Shown here: piece after piece, positions 13,776 to 27,330 of the stretch
Position numbering within the stretch: the stretch's first letter is position 1
How the letters are laid out: each line of letters starts with the position of its first letter
Assembly: GCA_038087875.1 (NCBI GenBank)
Contig: CM075988.1
Span: 17,548,001-17,612,000 of the forward strand
Length of the DNA: 64,000 nt
Origin: Malacoraja senta
Lineage: Eukaryota
Reading direction: 5' to 3'
The notes under the pieces: model-generated
Database searches by the model: none
The model's input: the letters and a program-made list of their open reading frames with translations, nothing else
What the model was told of the DNA's origin: nothing
Translations under genes and position numbers: made by a program

Positions 13776-14588
13776 ATTCAATCAGTCTCAAGTGGGTGGC
13801 AATGGTCTCAACTTGTGAATCAGAATAATGATAGATTAATTCTACTTTGGAGACAAGCACACAATCCAGGATGATATAGAGTCATAGAGTGATACAGTGT
13901 GGAAACAGGCCCTTCAGCCCAACTTGCTCACACAGGCCAACATGTCCCAGCTACACTAGCCCCACCTGCCTACGCATGGTCCATATCCCTCCAAACCTGC
14001 CCTATCCATGTACCTGTCTAACTGTTTCTTAAACGTTGGGATAGTCCCAGGCTCAACTATCTCATCTGACAGCTTGTTCCATACACCCAGCACCCTTTGT
14101 GTGAAAACGTTACCCTTCAGATACCTATTAAATCTTTTCCAATTTACCTTGAACCTATGTCCTTTGATCCTCGATTCCCCTATTCTGGGCAAGAGACTCT
14201 GTGGCAAGGGTGTTTGAGCAGGAATTCTGTGATTGAGGGGGAATGCGTGGAGGTATGGGATGGGGCAGCAGGTGGAGGAAAGGGTTCCAACGGAGAGAAG
14301 AATTGAAAGAGCACCTACTTGAGTTGGGTGTAGAACAATATGCTGGGACGTATACATGGAAGACCTCGTCAAAGTGTGTATCTCCAGAGCAAGCAATACT
14401 ATAAAAGCCTGACTGGTCTGAGAGTGCCCAATAAGGGGTACTTATGGGAGCAATGTGAACCAATTTCTCCCAGCAACATCCTTGATGAACACTGTACAGA
14501 AAATGATCTTATTCTGAGCCAGTCTAACAAAGGAAACAGACAAAAAGCTGGAGTAAAAAGGCGGCATCTCTGGAGAGAAGGAATGGGT

Positions 14589-14616
14589 GACGTTTCGGGT
14601 CGAGACCCTTCTTCAG
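14589..14616 (-). ncRNA. Minimal hammerhead ribozyme core (minus strand)
   Basis: Reverse complement reads CTGAAGAAGGGTCTCGACCCGAAACGTC. Confidence 0.6.
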
Positions 14617-15377
14617 TGTCTACAAATGCCCAGTTAGTGTGCATAACTTTGTTAATCAATTCTAGCTTGGACTGGTTATAGAATTGGGCTTCGTTATAAT
14701 GTGTTCAAGGCTATAAACAAAGCTGGTTGACTGCTGAAATCATGCGACAGAAGTCACAACTCATACTTTACATGTGCCATGCACTAATTCAAGTTCCAGG
14801 TGAATTATGCATCAAGATCCCAGAACCCATTCTAATTTATCCACCTGAGCTTCAAACCCTCTCCACTGTCACTTTGAAGGATGCTGACATCAGAATCACA
14901 CTTCTTCAATTCAAGTTTTCTTTTTAAGTTAACTTGTTTTTAACATTCAAAAGAGAATAAAAAAGTAGGAGCAAAGCATAACAGGGAGAAAAGGGACACT
15001 AAATATAGATATGATATGAGCGTATAAATCTAACTCACTACTTTAAAAGGCTTTTCAATCTGTCTCTGTGTAAGGCGAAGGTATTACTTAGGTTTGCAGT
15101 TAGCTCATTAACTCATTATTATCTCATTAGCTTTCTCAGAAAAGTTTTCTCTCAACAATGTGTGAGACCTCAGTGAGACCCATGAACATGTCACCTGTGT
15201 GGGTTTCAAGCAACAGAAGTGAAAGAGTTTTCTTGGTGGCAGGCTGCTTGCAAAGATAGCAGATATCTGATGTCAAGCCAGGACTTCGCTCCATAGATGC
15301 TGCTGCACCCGCTGAGTTTCTCCAGCACTTTTGTCTACCTTCGATTTTCCAGCATCTGCAGTTCCTTCTTAAACACT

Positions 15378-15663
15378 TTAGTTTAGTTCAGAAATACAGC
15401 ATGGAAACAGGCAATTCGGCCCACAGAGTCCATGCCGACCATCAATCACATGACTTCTATGTCATACATACCAGGGTCAATTTACAGAAGCCAATTAATC
15501 TACAAACCTGCACATCTGGGAGGAAACCGGAACACCTGGAGAAAATTCACAAGGTCACAGGGAGAACATACAAACTCTGTACAGTCAGCAACCGTGATCA
15601 GGATCGAACCCGGGTCTCTGGCGCTGTTAGGCAGCAGTTCTACCACTACGCCACTCTGCTGCC
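15378..15663 (-). mobile_element. V-SINE (HE1-like)
   Basis: Reverse complement of the same SINE consensus; B-box ggttcgatcc on the minus strand near 15601-15612. Confidence 0.7.
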
Positions 15664-16877
15664 CAGAATGATGGAAGATATATTCCATATCAAGGCACTC
15701 ATAGAACAATGCCACAAATAAAATATGTTCAGGTTTTATTTCATCCAAGACTGGGCTTCTGGATCCTGGAGTGTATGTCAACAACTAAAGAAATAAGACA
15801 AAGCACTCTCAAAGGACGTGGCAAATGATGACAACATCATCTTCAATCTGCAAGTGAGAGAAAGAAAATTATTACTACGTAACAAACTGGAATGAGTGCA
15901 GCGCTGATTCATATCAGATCCCACCAAGACTGAAGTTCATTCCAGTGGGATGGGGAAATGCAGTATGTGAGATCTTGGTTGGGCTACAGAGCTTAAGGTC
16001 ATCAATGACAGTAATCAGGTCTCTTGTTAATCACTGGATCTGTTTACCAATAGAAGAAGGCCAAGAAAGTGCTGGGTCAATGTGACATCCGTGATGATCA
16101 CAGTGATTCATCCCATGTTGCTGAGTTTAGAGTTTAGAGACATGGCATGGAAACAGGCCCTTTGGCCCACCGAGACGATGCTAACCATCGATCACCCTTT
16201 AAGAGCTAAGAGAAAAGGAATGGGTGACGTCACCCATTCCTTCTCTCCAGAGATTCTGTCTGGCCCGCTGAGTTACTCCAGCATTTTGTGTCTATCTTCA
16301 GTGTAAACCAGCATCTGCAGTTCCTTCCCACACAAGAGCTAAGAGATGTTGGAGTGCATAATGACCATCTTTCTTTCTATAAGCAAACACGTTTGCAAAA
16401 ATGGATTTAAGGAATCATATTGATGACATATGCTTGTTGTCATTGCCTGCTTTTGAAGATGATATTTAATAATTTAATTCCTGCTCTTTCTTTACAATGG
16501 TACCAAGACCTAGAATATGGCTTTAGATCAGAGCTTTTGCTTTTCCCAGTTTAACCACATTGTCTTGTCTCTCACCAGATTGATTATTTCTGATTCTTTG
16601 CCAGAATTAATAGAGTCATACCTTGAACACACTATCAGAAATGGCTGGTGTTGCAAAGAATGTAGTTTGCTTTGGGAAAGTAAGTGTAATTGCCATTGCT
16701 TCTCAATTGTTACATTAGCTCCTCCTTCACGATTGTGCATATCCAGATGATGTACAAATCTGTGCGCAGGCACACAACGGTGATGCAAGTGCATGGGGAC
16801 ACCTACATTTACAGGTTCTTTCCAAGTCACACACTATCCTAACACGGAAATATATCTCCACTCCTTTATCAACATTG

Positions 16878-17180
16878 TTTAGTTTGGAGGTACAGCATGG
16901 AAACAGGCCCTCTGGCCCACAGAGTCCACGTCGACCAGCAATCATCCGTTCACACTAGTTCCATTGTTTCCCACTTTCCCATCCTCTTCCTACAGAATAA
17001 GGGCAAATTACAGAGACCAATCAACCTACAAACCCACATGGCCTTTGGATGTGGGAGGAAACCGGAAGACTTGGACGAAACCCACATAGTCACAGGAAGA
17101 ACATGCAAACTCCACACAGACAGCACCTGAGGTGGGGATTGAATCCGGGTCTTTGATGCGCTGAGGCAGCAGCTCTACCT
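16878..17180 (-). mobile_element. V-SINE (HE1-like)
   Basis: Same head/core/tail organisation on the minus strand. Confidence 0.7.
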
Positions 17181-18569
17181 GCTGCGCCACTGTGCTGCCC
17201 CTTGGGTCTTGATCCTAGAACTCCCTCACCAAGCATTAGTTTCACTAGGACTGCATCACCTTCTCAAGGGCAACTAGAGATGGGCAATATATGCTGGCTT
17301 TAACACTGATATGTACCCAAATTATGATTAAAAGAAAGCACCCACATGTTCTCCGACAAGCATACATACATAGATTCTGCAAACACAGTTAGAAGAAAGA
17401 TCCTAGCCAAAACCTGCGTCTGTCCATTTCCTCCACAGATGTCGCCTGACCCAAGGAGATCTTCCAGCTCTTTGTTTTTCAACACAGTTTTCAGGGGCAA
17501 TTCTAGAAGAAGAAACAAACAACAACTGTGGAGGTGGAAGGATGATTAATGTTTTAGATCAAGAACCTGCATCAAGACTGAGGGTGTAGAGGGAAGATGG
17601 TATAAAGAGGTGAGAGGGAGGGGTAAGATGGGGTCCTGAGGGTGGTAGGTGGAACCAGGTGGAGGTGAGGAAAAATAAGTGGTTGGAACCAGGTTATGTG
17701 AGGGAGGTGGACATTTAGGGATCGAGGCTAGTGAATGATAAGTGGAAAGAAATAAGGAAAAAATGTAGAAGGAGTCAAATGGGAAGAGGAGAGGCACAAG
17801 GTAGAGACAGAGGCTTGTAGATGATAAGTGGAACCAGAGGGTTCTTAAGATCATAAGTTCATAAGTGATAGGAGTAGAATTAAGCCATTCGGCCCATCAA
17901 GTCTACTCCACCATTCAATCATGGCTGATCGATCTCTCCCTCCTAACCCCATTTTCCTGCCTTCTCCCCATAACCTGATGAGCAGATGGAACCAGGTAGG
18001 GATGGGATAGGCAATATACTGAGCATGAGGCTATGATGATGAAACAGTCAGCCCCGACTAGCTGAAGAACTCACGAAGAGTGTCCACTGAATGACTGATG
18101 CAACTATAGATGAACAAGCAGAGGAGAGGGAAGATTGTGGCAAATGAAAACAAAGACCTGAACTGTTGTAGTTTTCTCTTTGTAAGGACTCTCTCTGTTT
18201 CACGTTGCAGCCACAGACAGAAGGTGCGGCTGTGCTTCATTCTGTGAGTAATGTTGTGCAATACACAATAATGAGTTTACTGTTTCAACGTTGTCACTAG
18301 TTTGATGTTAATTAAGAGGTAACACTATTCTTGATGGTGGATGTCACACCAACACGAGGAAAAGTTGTTTCTATGATACTGCATAAGCAACTTTGTGGAA
18401 GGTGTTGATCAAAATCCCAACCAGTTCATAATAACTGTTATTCACAAAAAAATTACTCGGCTGCTACCAGACGAAGTTAAACTATAAGTCTTGAGGAGAT
18501 AAACTGTGAGTGTAATGCTTTCAAATGATTTTATAAAAAATCTTTTTTATTTTCTGTATTGAGTTTTTA

Positions 18570-18870
18570 GTTTCAGTTTTAGAGATACAGTGCAGAAAAG
18601 GACCTTTCGCCCACCGAGTCCGCACCGAACAGCCATCCGCTCACATTAACACTGTCCTACACTAGGGACAATTTGTACATTGGTACCAAGCCAATTAACC
18701 TACATACCTGTACGTCTTTGGAGTGTGGGAGGAAAACGAAGATGTTGGAGAAAACCCACGCAGGTCACAGGGAGAACGTACAAACTCCGCACAGACAGCA
18801 CCCGTAGTCAGGCTCGAACCCGAGTCTCTGGCACTGTGAGGCAGCAACTCTGCCACTGTGCCACTGTGTC
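18570..18870 (-). mobile_element. V-SINE (HE1-like)
   Basis: Same consensus on the minus strand. Confidence 0.7.
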
Positions 18871-19273
18871 CTCCCCAAGAGTCGTGAGCCAGTGGTACCC
18901 GACTAATCAGTTTATCTCTTCCTCCCTCGTCTATTTTCTCTCTCCCTTTGGCCCTGCCTCCTTCATCCATCAGATGCTTCCCACATTGCTGAGAATTCCC
19001 ACCATGTTCTGATTTTGCCTGGTTGGCTTTGGCTCTGGACGCAAAAAGATCAATGCCTCGCTTTTAGACTCTAATACTTTTTGAACTGATGAATAATTTT
19101 TTGTCATATACGCACATTAATCTTGCCTCTTGCATCACTGTAAAGCATTCCATGTCTTCAGATAAAGATGAGCTGGTGAGAGATCCTGTATGTCTTGGTC
19201 ATGAGGGTGAATTGTGTAGAGTGGCCACACAGGAGAAGGGACTGACATCTGTAGTTGGTTCTGTATAGCTCAC

Positions 19274-19379
19274 TTTTTGGTGGTAAACTCTGTGTTTTGA
19301 GCAGAGCCATTGAATCTCCAACCCCGAACACTCTGATGGCCTTCACTATCGAATGCTTCTGAACTGTTTTTAAGTATAC
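19274..19379 (-). other. Candidate exon, paralog of 23816-23947
   Basis: Minus-strand acceptor ..ctatcag|GT at 19380-19382. Open phase-1 frame ILKNSSEAFDSEGHQSVRGWRFNGSAQNTEFTTK. Ends at a weak donor GTGAGC (19273-19268) or an in-frame TGA. Confidence 0.3.
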
Positions 19380-20342
19380 CTGATAGTCAGATTCATGCAA
19401 AAACGATTCAAATAATTTTAAAGTAAAAAAACTGGCATTAGAATTGGTATTGGTTTATTGTTGTCACGTGTGCCGAGGTACAGTGAAAAAATTAGGGCGG
19501 TACAATGGCGCAGCAGTAGAGTTGCAGCTCCAAACCCCGGTTCTATCCTGACTACAGGGTGCTGTCTGTACAGAGTTTGTACATTCTCCCTGTGACCGTG
19601 CGGGAGTTCTCTGGGTGCTCCAGTTTCCTCCCACACTCCAAAGACATACAGGTTTACAGGTTAATTGGCTTCTGTAAATGTTTGCATTGTTGACAGAGAA
19701 AATAGACTAGATAGTAAGAATGATTGTTAATTGACCATGACTGATGGTCATTACTGCAGCCAAAGATTCATTTCATCCACATGTTTGCCTCGTTTATTTC
19801 TGCAGCTGTTTGTGACAATTGTCTTTTTATTTATTCAGGATGAACCAGCAATTAATTGCCCTCCAGAAGGTGATGAGCTGTGGTCCTTACGGTGCGGCTT
19901 TGCCCACAAAGATGTTGACAAGTTCCAGGATTTTAACTCAGTGACAGCAAAGGAATGGCGATATATTTCCAAGTCACAATGGGGTGTGGCTTGGAGACAA
20001 TGTACAGGTAATGCTATTCTCTTGCTTTTGCTGCTCTTTTATTTTCATTTTATTATCAAAAAATTTAATCAATTATTAAAAATAATATTTATAAAACACT
20101 AAAACAAAACAGAACCCACTAGCATAATACAAGACAAACAAATATAGCAAATAAACTACTTTACAACTATAATTACAGTCCTTGTCAAGGATGCATTCAA
20201 CCCCCAGCGGTATGAACATCGACTTCTCCAAGTAGCCCTTGCTTTCCCTCTCTCTCCATCCCCTCCCCCTTCCGTTCTCCCACCAGTCTTGCTGTCTCTG
20301 ACTACATTCTATCTCAGTACCGCCCACTCCCCTGACATCAGT

Positions 20343-20370
20343 CTGAAGAAGGGTCTCGACCCGAAACGTC
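20343..20370 (+). ncRNA. Minimal hammerhead ribozyme core in a Penelope-like 3' end (~20195-20475)
   Basis: CTGAAGAAGGGTCTCGACCCGAAACGTC, downstream of the PLE 3' motif cagcggtatgaacatcgacttctcc. Confidence 0.65.
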
Positions 20371-20907
20371 ACCCATTCCTTCTCCCTAGAGATGTTGCCT
20401 GTCCCGCTGAGTTACTCCAGCATTTTGCGTCTTTCATCGATTTAAACCAGCATCTGCAGTTCTTTGCTACACATGTATATAGGTTAATTGGCTTGGTGTA
20501 TGTGTAAAATTGTCCCTGGTGTGTGTGGGATAGTGTTAATGTGCGGGGATCGTTGGTCGGTGCGGACTCAGTGGGCAGAAGGACCTGTTTCCACCCTGTA
20601 TCTCTAAACTAAACTAAACAAAGGTTATTCCCCTGCTTCCCATTGACAAGTATAGAAAGTGCTCCTTTATGCTATGCTTGATCATGTCAATGCCAGTTAC
20701 TGTCACTTCACCTCTGGCATTCAACTCTTTTAGCCATGCTTGTATCAAAGCTGCATTGAGGTCAGGAGCTGAGTTACCCTGGCAGAACTAAAAGAGAGTT
20801 TTTGGTGAGCAGGTTGTTCCTAAGAAAGTGCTGCTTGATAGCACTGTCGATTATACCTTCCTCCACTTTGCTGATGATCCAGAGTGGTAATTGACCAGGT
20901 TGGGTTT

Positions 20908-21450
20908 AGAAACATAGAAACATAGAAAATAGGTGCAGGAGGAGGCCATTCGGCCCTTCGAGCCAGCACCGCCATTCATTGTGATCATGGCTGATCGTCC
21001 CCTATCAATAACCCATGCCTGCCTTCTCCCCATATCCCTTGACTCCACTAGCCCCTAGAGCTCTATCTAACTCTCTCTTAAATCCATCCAGTGATTTGGC
21101 CTCCACTGCCCTCTGTGGCAGGGAATTCCACAAATTCACAACTCTCTGGGAGAAAACGTTTTTTCTCACCTCAGTCTTAAATGACCTCCCCTTTATTCTA
21201 AGACTGTGGCCCCTGGTTCTGGACTCGCCCAACATTGGGAACATTTTTCCTGCATCTAGCTTGTCCAGTCCTTTTATAATTGTATATGTTTCTATAAGAT
21301 CCTCCCTCATCCTTCTAAACTCCAGTGATTACAAGCCTAGTCTTTTCAATCTTTCCTCATATGACAGTCCCGCCATCCCAGGGATCAATCTCGTGAACCT
21401 ACGCTGGCTGCACTGCCTCAATCACAATGATGTCCTTCCTCAAATTAGGG
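20908..21450 (-). mobile_element. CR1 LINE 3' fragment, near-identical to the 27.3-28.8 kb copy
   Basis: ORF 21005..21310 matches the C-terminus of ORF 27406..28785; agaaacatagaaacatag tail. Confidence 0.9.
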
Positions 21451-23159
21451 TTTGTCCTACTTCTAGTAGACAGGACATATCTGAGCAATACTCCACATTG
21501 TCAGGTAGATGTCAGTATTGTAGCTAACTTGCTCTGTGCAAATTATCTATTTCATTGTTCCATGCAGAAAGGAGATTCCTTGTACAGACGTATTCCTCAT
21601 TGCTCTTTCTAGCTTCTAGTGCCACTGCAAGACATGTTCATACAGTTTCCTCATGAGTTTGCAATTTGAAGGCTAAATATTTTGATCAGGATGTTGAGGC
21701 AAATGCAACAATGAAACTTACGGAATAACTTACGGAATAGGACATGGAATGGTACAGCACAAGAATAGACTCTATGGGCCACAATGTCCATGCCAAACAT
21801 AAAGCAAAGACCATATCTTATCTGCTGCACATATTCCATATTCTTCACCTCCTCTGGTCTTAACACTATTATTATCCCAGTTTATTTGGGATGATTGAAG
21901 TCCCCCATCATGCTCAGTATAGTTTATGCACTTGTTTGTCATCCTCCTGCATATTGGCTCCTTGGTAGCACTCTCATTGTATGAGAGAAAGCTGAGAGCA
22001 ACATGTGATTGTGAACTGGTGGGCTAGTATATGGGCAGGTAGTGTCATAAGGTCAGAGGGAATAGGAGTAGAATTAGACCATTTGGCCCATCAAGTCTAC
22101 TCCGTCATTCGATCATGGCTGATCTATCTCACCCTCCTAATGGAATCAAGGAATATGGGGAGAAAGCAGGACTGGGGTACTGATTTAGGATGATCAGTCA
22201 TGATCATATTGAATGGCGGTGCTGGCTCGAAGGGCCAAATGGCCTACTCCTGCGCCTATTTTTCTATGTTTTCTATATTTCTAACCCCATTCTCCTGCCT
22301 TCTCCCCGTAACCTCTGACACCTGTACTAATCACAAACATGTGAAACGAATGTCAAACATTCTAGATTTTGATATTCCAGAATGAATGGCACCAAGTACC
22401 TCTGATCATGTGCAATTGAACATAGATGGTATATCTAGACTAAATACTGGCCAAGATCTTTATGTCATCACTTGCTGCTGGCCTACTGTGATCCAATTAG
22501 CTCAATAACAGAGATTAACCTTTTCTGACATCATGGCCCAGTCTATTTAAAGACATATCTGTGGTCCAGTCCAATTCTTTAACAAAGTGCAGCCCTGTCT
22601 TCCCATACAATCTACTGACAAATGGGAAACTTTGGGGAAACTATCCCAACGGCATCGACACCTAATAAACAGCTGAGCAATCAGAGACAGCCTCGAATTC
22701 TGACACTAGTTGTACTCAGGTTTTCTTTGAGCTGTTCTGTCGTCCTAGAGCCTAGGGATTTGCTGTGGTGGGGGATATTTTACTGTATGTTCAACATTGG
22801 CCTTTCATCTCTGGAATCAGATTCACACAGGTGTAAAGGAACAGAACAATTCGTACATCTGTTGCTTTGTGAGGATCAATGTCCATTCTCCAGCAGGTAC
22901 AAAGCTACTGAGAATCTAGAATTCATCGACAATTTTACCCTCAGTTGCCTTTTGCAAATGTGTTGTGTTTGAGGGTTAGATTTTAATAGAAATCACCATT
23001 GCCCGATGTAGAGGTATATGAGACATGCATCAACTCTAATATGTTGGGTTCTGGGAGACAATAAAACATCTACTCATGATCGTACTAAATCATGTCAATT
23101 ACATAACAAAGGAAAACCAATGCAAAGCTTTTGAGGTATTTTGTTTGGAAAATAGTTTT

Positions 23160-23465
23160 TTTTCAGTTTAGAGATACAGCATGGAAACAGGCCCTTCAGT
23201 CCACCGAGTCCACGCCGACCAGCGATCCCCGCACATTAACACTATCCTACACACACTGGGGACAATTTACAATTTTACTGAGCCAATTAGTCTACAAACC
23301 TGTACATCTTTGGAGTCTGGGAGGAAACCAGAGCAGCCAGAGAAAACCCACGCAGGTCATGGGGAGAACGTACAAACTCCATACAGACAGCACTCGCAGT
23401 CAGGATCGAACCCGGGTCTCTGGCGCTGTAAGGCAGCAACTCTACCGCTGCGCCACTGTGCTGCT
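23160..23465 (-). mobile_element. V-SINE (HE1-like), well preserved
   Basis: Full head/core/tail on the minus strand. Further copies at ~19495-19680(+), ~20475-20615(+) and ~24050-24330(+). Confidence 0.75.
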
Positions 23466-23815
23466 CCAAAATACTTGATCTTTTCTCAGAATCTTACAGA
23501 TACACATTGGTTTGCAATCCAACTAAATAATCAATGAACATTAATGCCAGGGGAATGTTTCTCCAATCAGTAACAATTCATGATAGGTTTAGTTCACATT
23601 ATCAGAGGTTGTGACTGAATTCAGACCTCAGCACCCACGGGCCGAGGTGTAATTGAAAGCATCATCTGATCCATTTGCCCTGATCCTCTTCAATTGTATC
23701 TGGATCAAGAAATGCACAGGGTCATCTGGACCCACCTCTCTGCCCAGACTCGTTGACCACTGCTCCTACAGCCCAGAGTTACTTCTTCCACGTTTGGGGG
23801 AAAAAATATTCTTAC

Positions 23816-23947
23816 CTTCTCTATCTACATAAGGTGAAGCAAACTCTGTGCGTTGAGGAGGCTTTAGCTGTTGAACCACTGAATCCCCACCCCTCAAACT
23901 CGCTGGGCCTTCTCTATCGAATGCTTCTGAACGGTTTCTAAATGCAC
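23816..23947 (-). other. Candidate 132-nt symmetric (phase 1-1) coding exon of an unidentified minus-strand gene
   Basis: Acceptor ..ctatcag| at 23948-23950 and consensus donor AAG|GTAAG at 23815-23811. Open frame AFRNRSEAFDREGPASLRGGDSVVQQLKPPQRTEFASPYVDRE; no family recognised. Confidence 0.4.
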
Positions 23948-25634
23948 CTGATAGCCAGATACACGCAAAAACGATTCAAATAATTTTAAAGTAAAACAAT
24001 AATCATTAATATTGGTATTGGTTTATTATTGTCTCATGTACTAAGATACTGTGATGGTGCAGTGGTGGAGTTGCAGCCTTACAGCCAGAGATCTGGGTTC
24101 GATCCTCACTACAGGTGCTGTCTGTATGGAGTTTGTACGTTCTCCCTGTGACCGTGCGGGTTTTCTCCAGGTGCTCCGGTTTCTTCCCACACTCCAAAGA
24201 TGTACAGGTTTGTAGGTTAATTGGCTTCTATAAATTGTAAATTGTCCCTAGTGTGTAGGATACTGCTAGCTGGGCGGCGTAAACTCGGTGGGCCAAAGGG
24301 CCTGTTTACACGCTGTATCTTTAAAGTCTAAACTTTGTTTGCATGCTATCCAGTCAAGTCACACAAGTCATCAAGTGATTGCACAGTACAACAGATAGTG
24401 CAAAGAGAAATATACCAGAGTGCAGAACATATCTCGACCTGAAACGTCACCCATTCCTTCTCTCCAGAGATGCTGCCTGTCCTGCTGAGTTACTCAAGCA
24501 TTTTGTGTCTATCTTCGGTTTAAACCAGCATCTGCAGTTCCTTCCTACACATAGTATAAAACTAAGAGGCCAGGTGCAAAATGCATTCACCTTTCCTTCA
24601 ACTTTCACTGCTCCACCACTTGTCTCAGCTTGGTGGCATTTGACCTCCAGTTCATCTAAGGCTTCCATATTTAATCAGGCAGGTATTGTAGTCCGTGACG
24701 TAATGGAAATTGAGCATCTGGTTGCTGTTGGTTCCCAAAGGGACTGCGGCTTGTGGTCCGTGACGTAGTCCGTTAACCATTTTTATTGCTTGTGGGAAGA
24801 AGCTGTTTAGCATCCTGCTGGTTCTGCAGCTGATACTCCTGTACCTCTTCCCAGATGGCAGGAGGGAGAAAATGTAGTGGGAGGGGTGGTAAGGGTCCTT
24901 AATGATGGAGATGGATCTGCGGATCTGCGGATGCAGCGCTTCTGGTAGATCTCCAACAGGAAAGGGAGGGGGGCACCAATGATCCTATGATAATGTTAAC
25001 AATTAATCTTTAACATATAAGGGATCAATTTCCTCAGGACTTTAGGGATAGTTATTGCCCTGGATGAACAAAAGCAGCCCTAAAAAATCATTTACATACA
25101 CCTGATGCGGCTTCATACCTCTGAGGAAGTGGATATCAGGCAAGTAATGTCACGCCCAATTCCAATGAAATAATCTATGTGTTTTATCATTTTGTGACCA
25201 AAAGGATTTTTTTTTTAAATGAAGCTTAGATTTTATACTCAGATCTTGAGAGTGAGACTTGAATCCGCAGTATGTGTACTATCAACTGTGCCATCGCTGA
25301 ACTGGAACAGTTGAATATCTCTAACCCTCATTCCGTTCATCTTGTTCCTGAAGAGTCATAGAGTTATAGTCATACAGCATGGAAACAGGCCCTTCAGCCC
25401 AATTTGCCCACACCGACCAACATGCCCCATCTACATTAGTCCAACATGCCTGCATTTGGCCCATATCCTTCCAAACCTATCCTTTAGGTTAAATGTTTGT
25501 TAAATGTTTTGATAGTACCTAAATTACCTGCTCCAGTAGCTCGTTCCATATACCTATCGCCCTCTGTTGTAAAAAAGTTACCCCTCAGATACATATTAAA
25601 TCTTTCCCCCTGACCTTAAATCTGGTTCTTGATT

Positions 25635-26085
25635 AATAATAATAATAATAAACTTTATTTCAGACTCAAGGTCCAGACAAGGGACAACATTACATAAAAA
25701 TACATCGCATATAAAAACACCATAAAATACATATAAAATCTTAGTATATCACTTATAAAAGCATCATAAATTATATGTTTAAAAAAACACAATACGATTT
25801 AAAATCCAGAATAAAAAAGAAAGATCAATGTCCTGCAACGAGACAGCGATACCAGTGTCTCCTCAACTGGGATTCGTAGCGTGTTGTGCTAAACCTTATT
25901 TGACAAAGCCACGGTAATTACATTTTTAGAGTCATTTATCCTGCAACAGAATTTAAACATATGATTTCCTAGGATAGCTTCTAAAGTACTGACTCCTGCA
26001 GCCACAAACATGTTACTACCACCACCCCATCTAGGTTTCCTTAGCAGTGTTCTCATTTCATCATTATAGGCCACCTATAATGGCC
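25635..26085 (-). mobile_element. Non-CR1 LINE 3' end with (ATT)n tail, nested in a CR1 fragment
   Basis: ORF 25889..26074 resembles a LINE ORF2 C-terminus; taataataataataataaac tail at ~25634-25652; CR1 sequence on both sides. Confidence 0.5.
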
Positions 26086-26804
26086 TATAATACAAGTCTC
26101 TGCAAACCATAGACCATAGTTACCCTACTCTGGGAAAAAGACTGGACATTTACCCAATCTATTCCTTTCATGATCTTATACACCTCCATAAGATCACCCC
26201 TCATCATCCTATTCTCCAAGGAATAAATCCCTAATCTGCTCAACCTCTCCCTATAGCTCTGGCCTTCGAGTCCTGGCATTATCCTTGATAATCTTCTCTG
26301 CACCCATTCCAACTTAACATTATCTTTCCTACAACAGGGTGACCAACACTGAACGCAACGTGCCCTCACCAATGTCTTGTACAAGCATCCTTTAATGTCT
26401 TGTTTGTACCCTCCATAAACTTCTCATCCAAATCTTTGAGTGAGAAGGCTACCAATCCATTCCAGAATTTTGGCACAAATATTCAGATGAGTTTTGGTCA
26501 TAGTACTAGGGAAGTTGGGCACCGTCAGAGGGTCAGAAGAATGAGAAACAAGCAAACAGCCTGCTACACCTCTAGGCAACATTTACAGAGCTACAGTACT
26601 TAATTGTAAATTTCTTTGGAAAACTTTGAGCCATAAATAGTATTATTTTTAAACCGGTTCCTTTAACTTGTTCTGCACAAATGAAATTCCTTCATGTTTA
26701 GTAATCTCAAAGTAAATCTAAGCAACATTTTTTACATTATTTTCAGTCACAGACTGGTTAAGCAAGTTGATGGTTTCATTGGAATTGGGTCTACGTAATT
26801 ACTT

Positions 26805-27037
26805 GTTCAAGAAGGAACTGCAGATGCTGGAAAATTGAAGGTAGACAAAAATTTTGGAGAAACTCAGCGGGTGCGGCAGCATCTGTGGAGCGAAGGAAAT
26901 AGGCAATGTTTCGGGCCGAAACCCTTCTTCAGAGGTCTTCAGGGTCTGAAGAAGGGTTTCGGCCCGAAACGTTGTCTATTTCATTCGCTCCATAGATGCT
27001 GCCGCACCCGCTGAGTTCCTCCAACATTTTTGTCTAC
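26805..27037. mobile_element. Fold-back insertion with two divergent hammerhead cores and a 14-bp TSD
   Basis: CTACGTAATTACTT at 26791-26804 and 27038-27051; the arms are inverted repeats. Plus-strand core CTGAAGAAGGGTTTCGGCCCGAAACGTT at 26946-26973; minus-strand core at ~26905-26932. Confidence 0.8.
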
Positions 27038-27330
27038 CTACGTAATTACTTTCCTGATATCCACATATGAGATGGTGAGGGTAAATTAGAGCGATAGAGC
27101 CATACAGTGTGGACAAAGGCCCTTCTCTCCAACTTGCCCATGCCAACCAACATGCCGTGTCTACACTAGTTTAGTTTAGTTTAATTCATGTCACATGTCC
27201 TGAGGTATAATGAAAAACTCTTGTTTCGTGCTAACCAGTCATCGGAAAGACAATACATGATTACAATTGAGCCAGCCACGGTGTACAGAAACATGATAAG
27301 GGAAAAATGCGGAAGATAAAGTCAGTAAAT

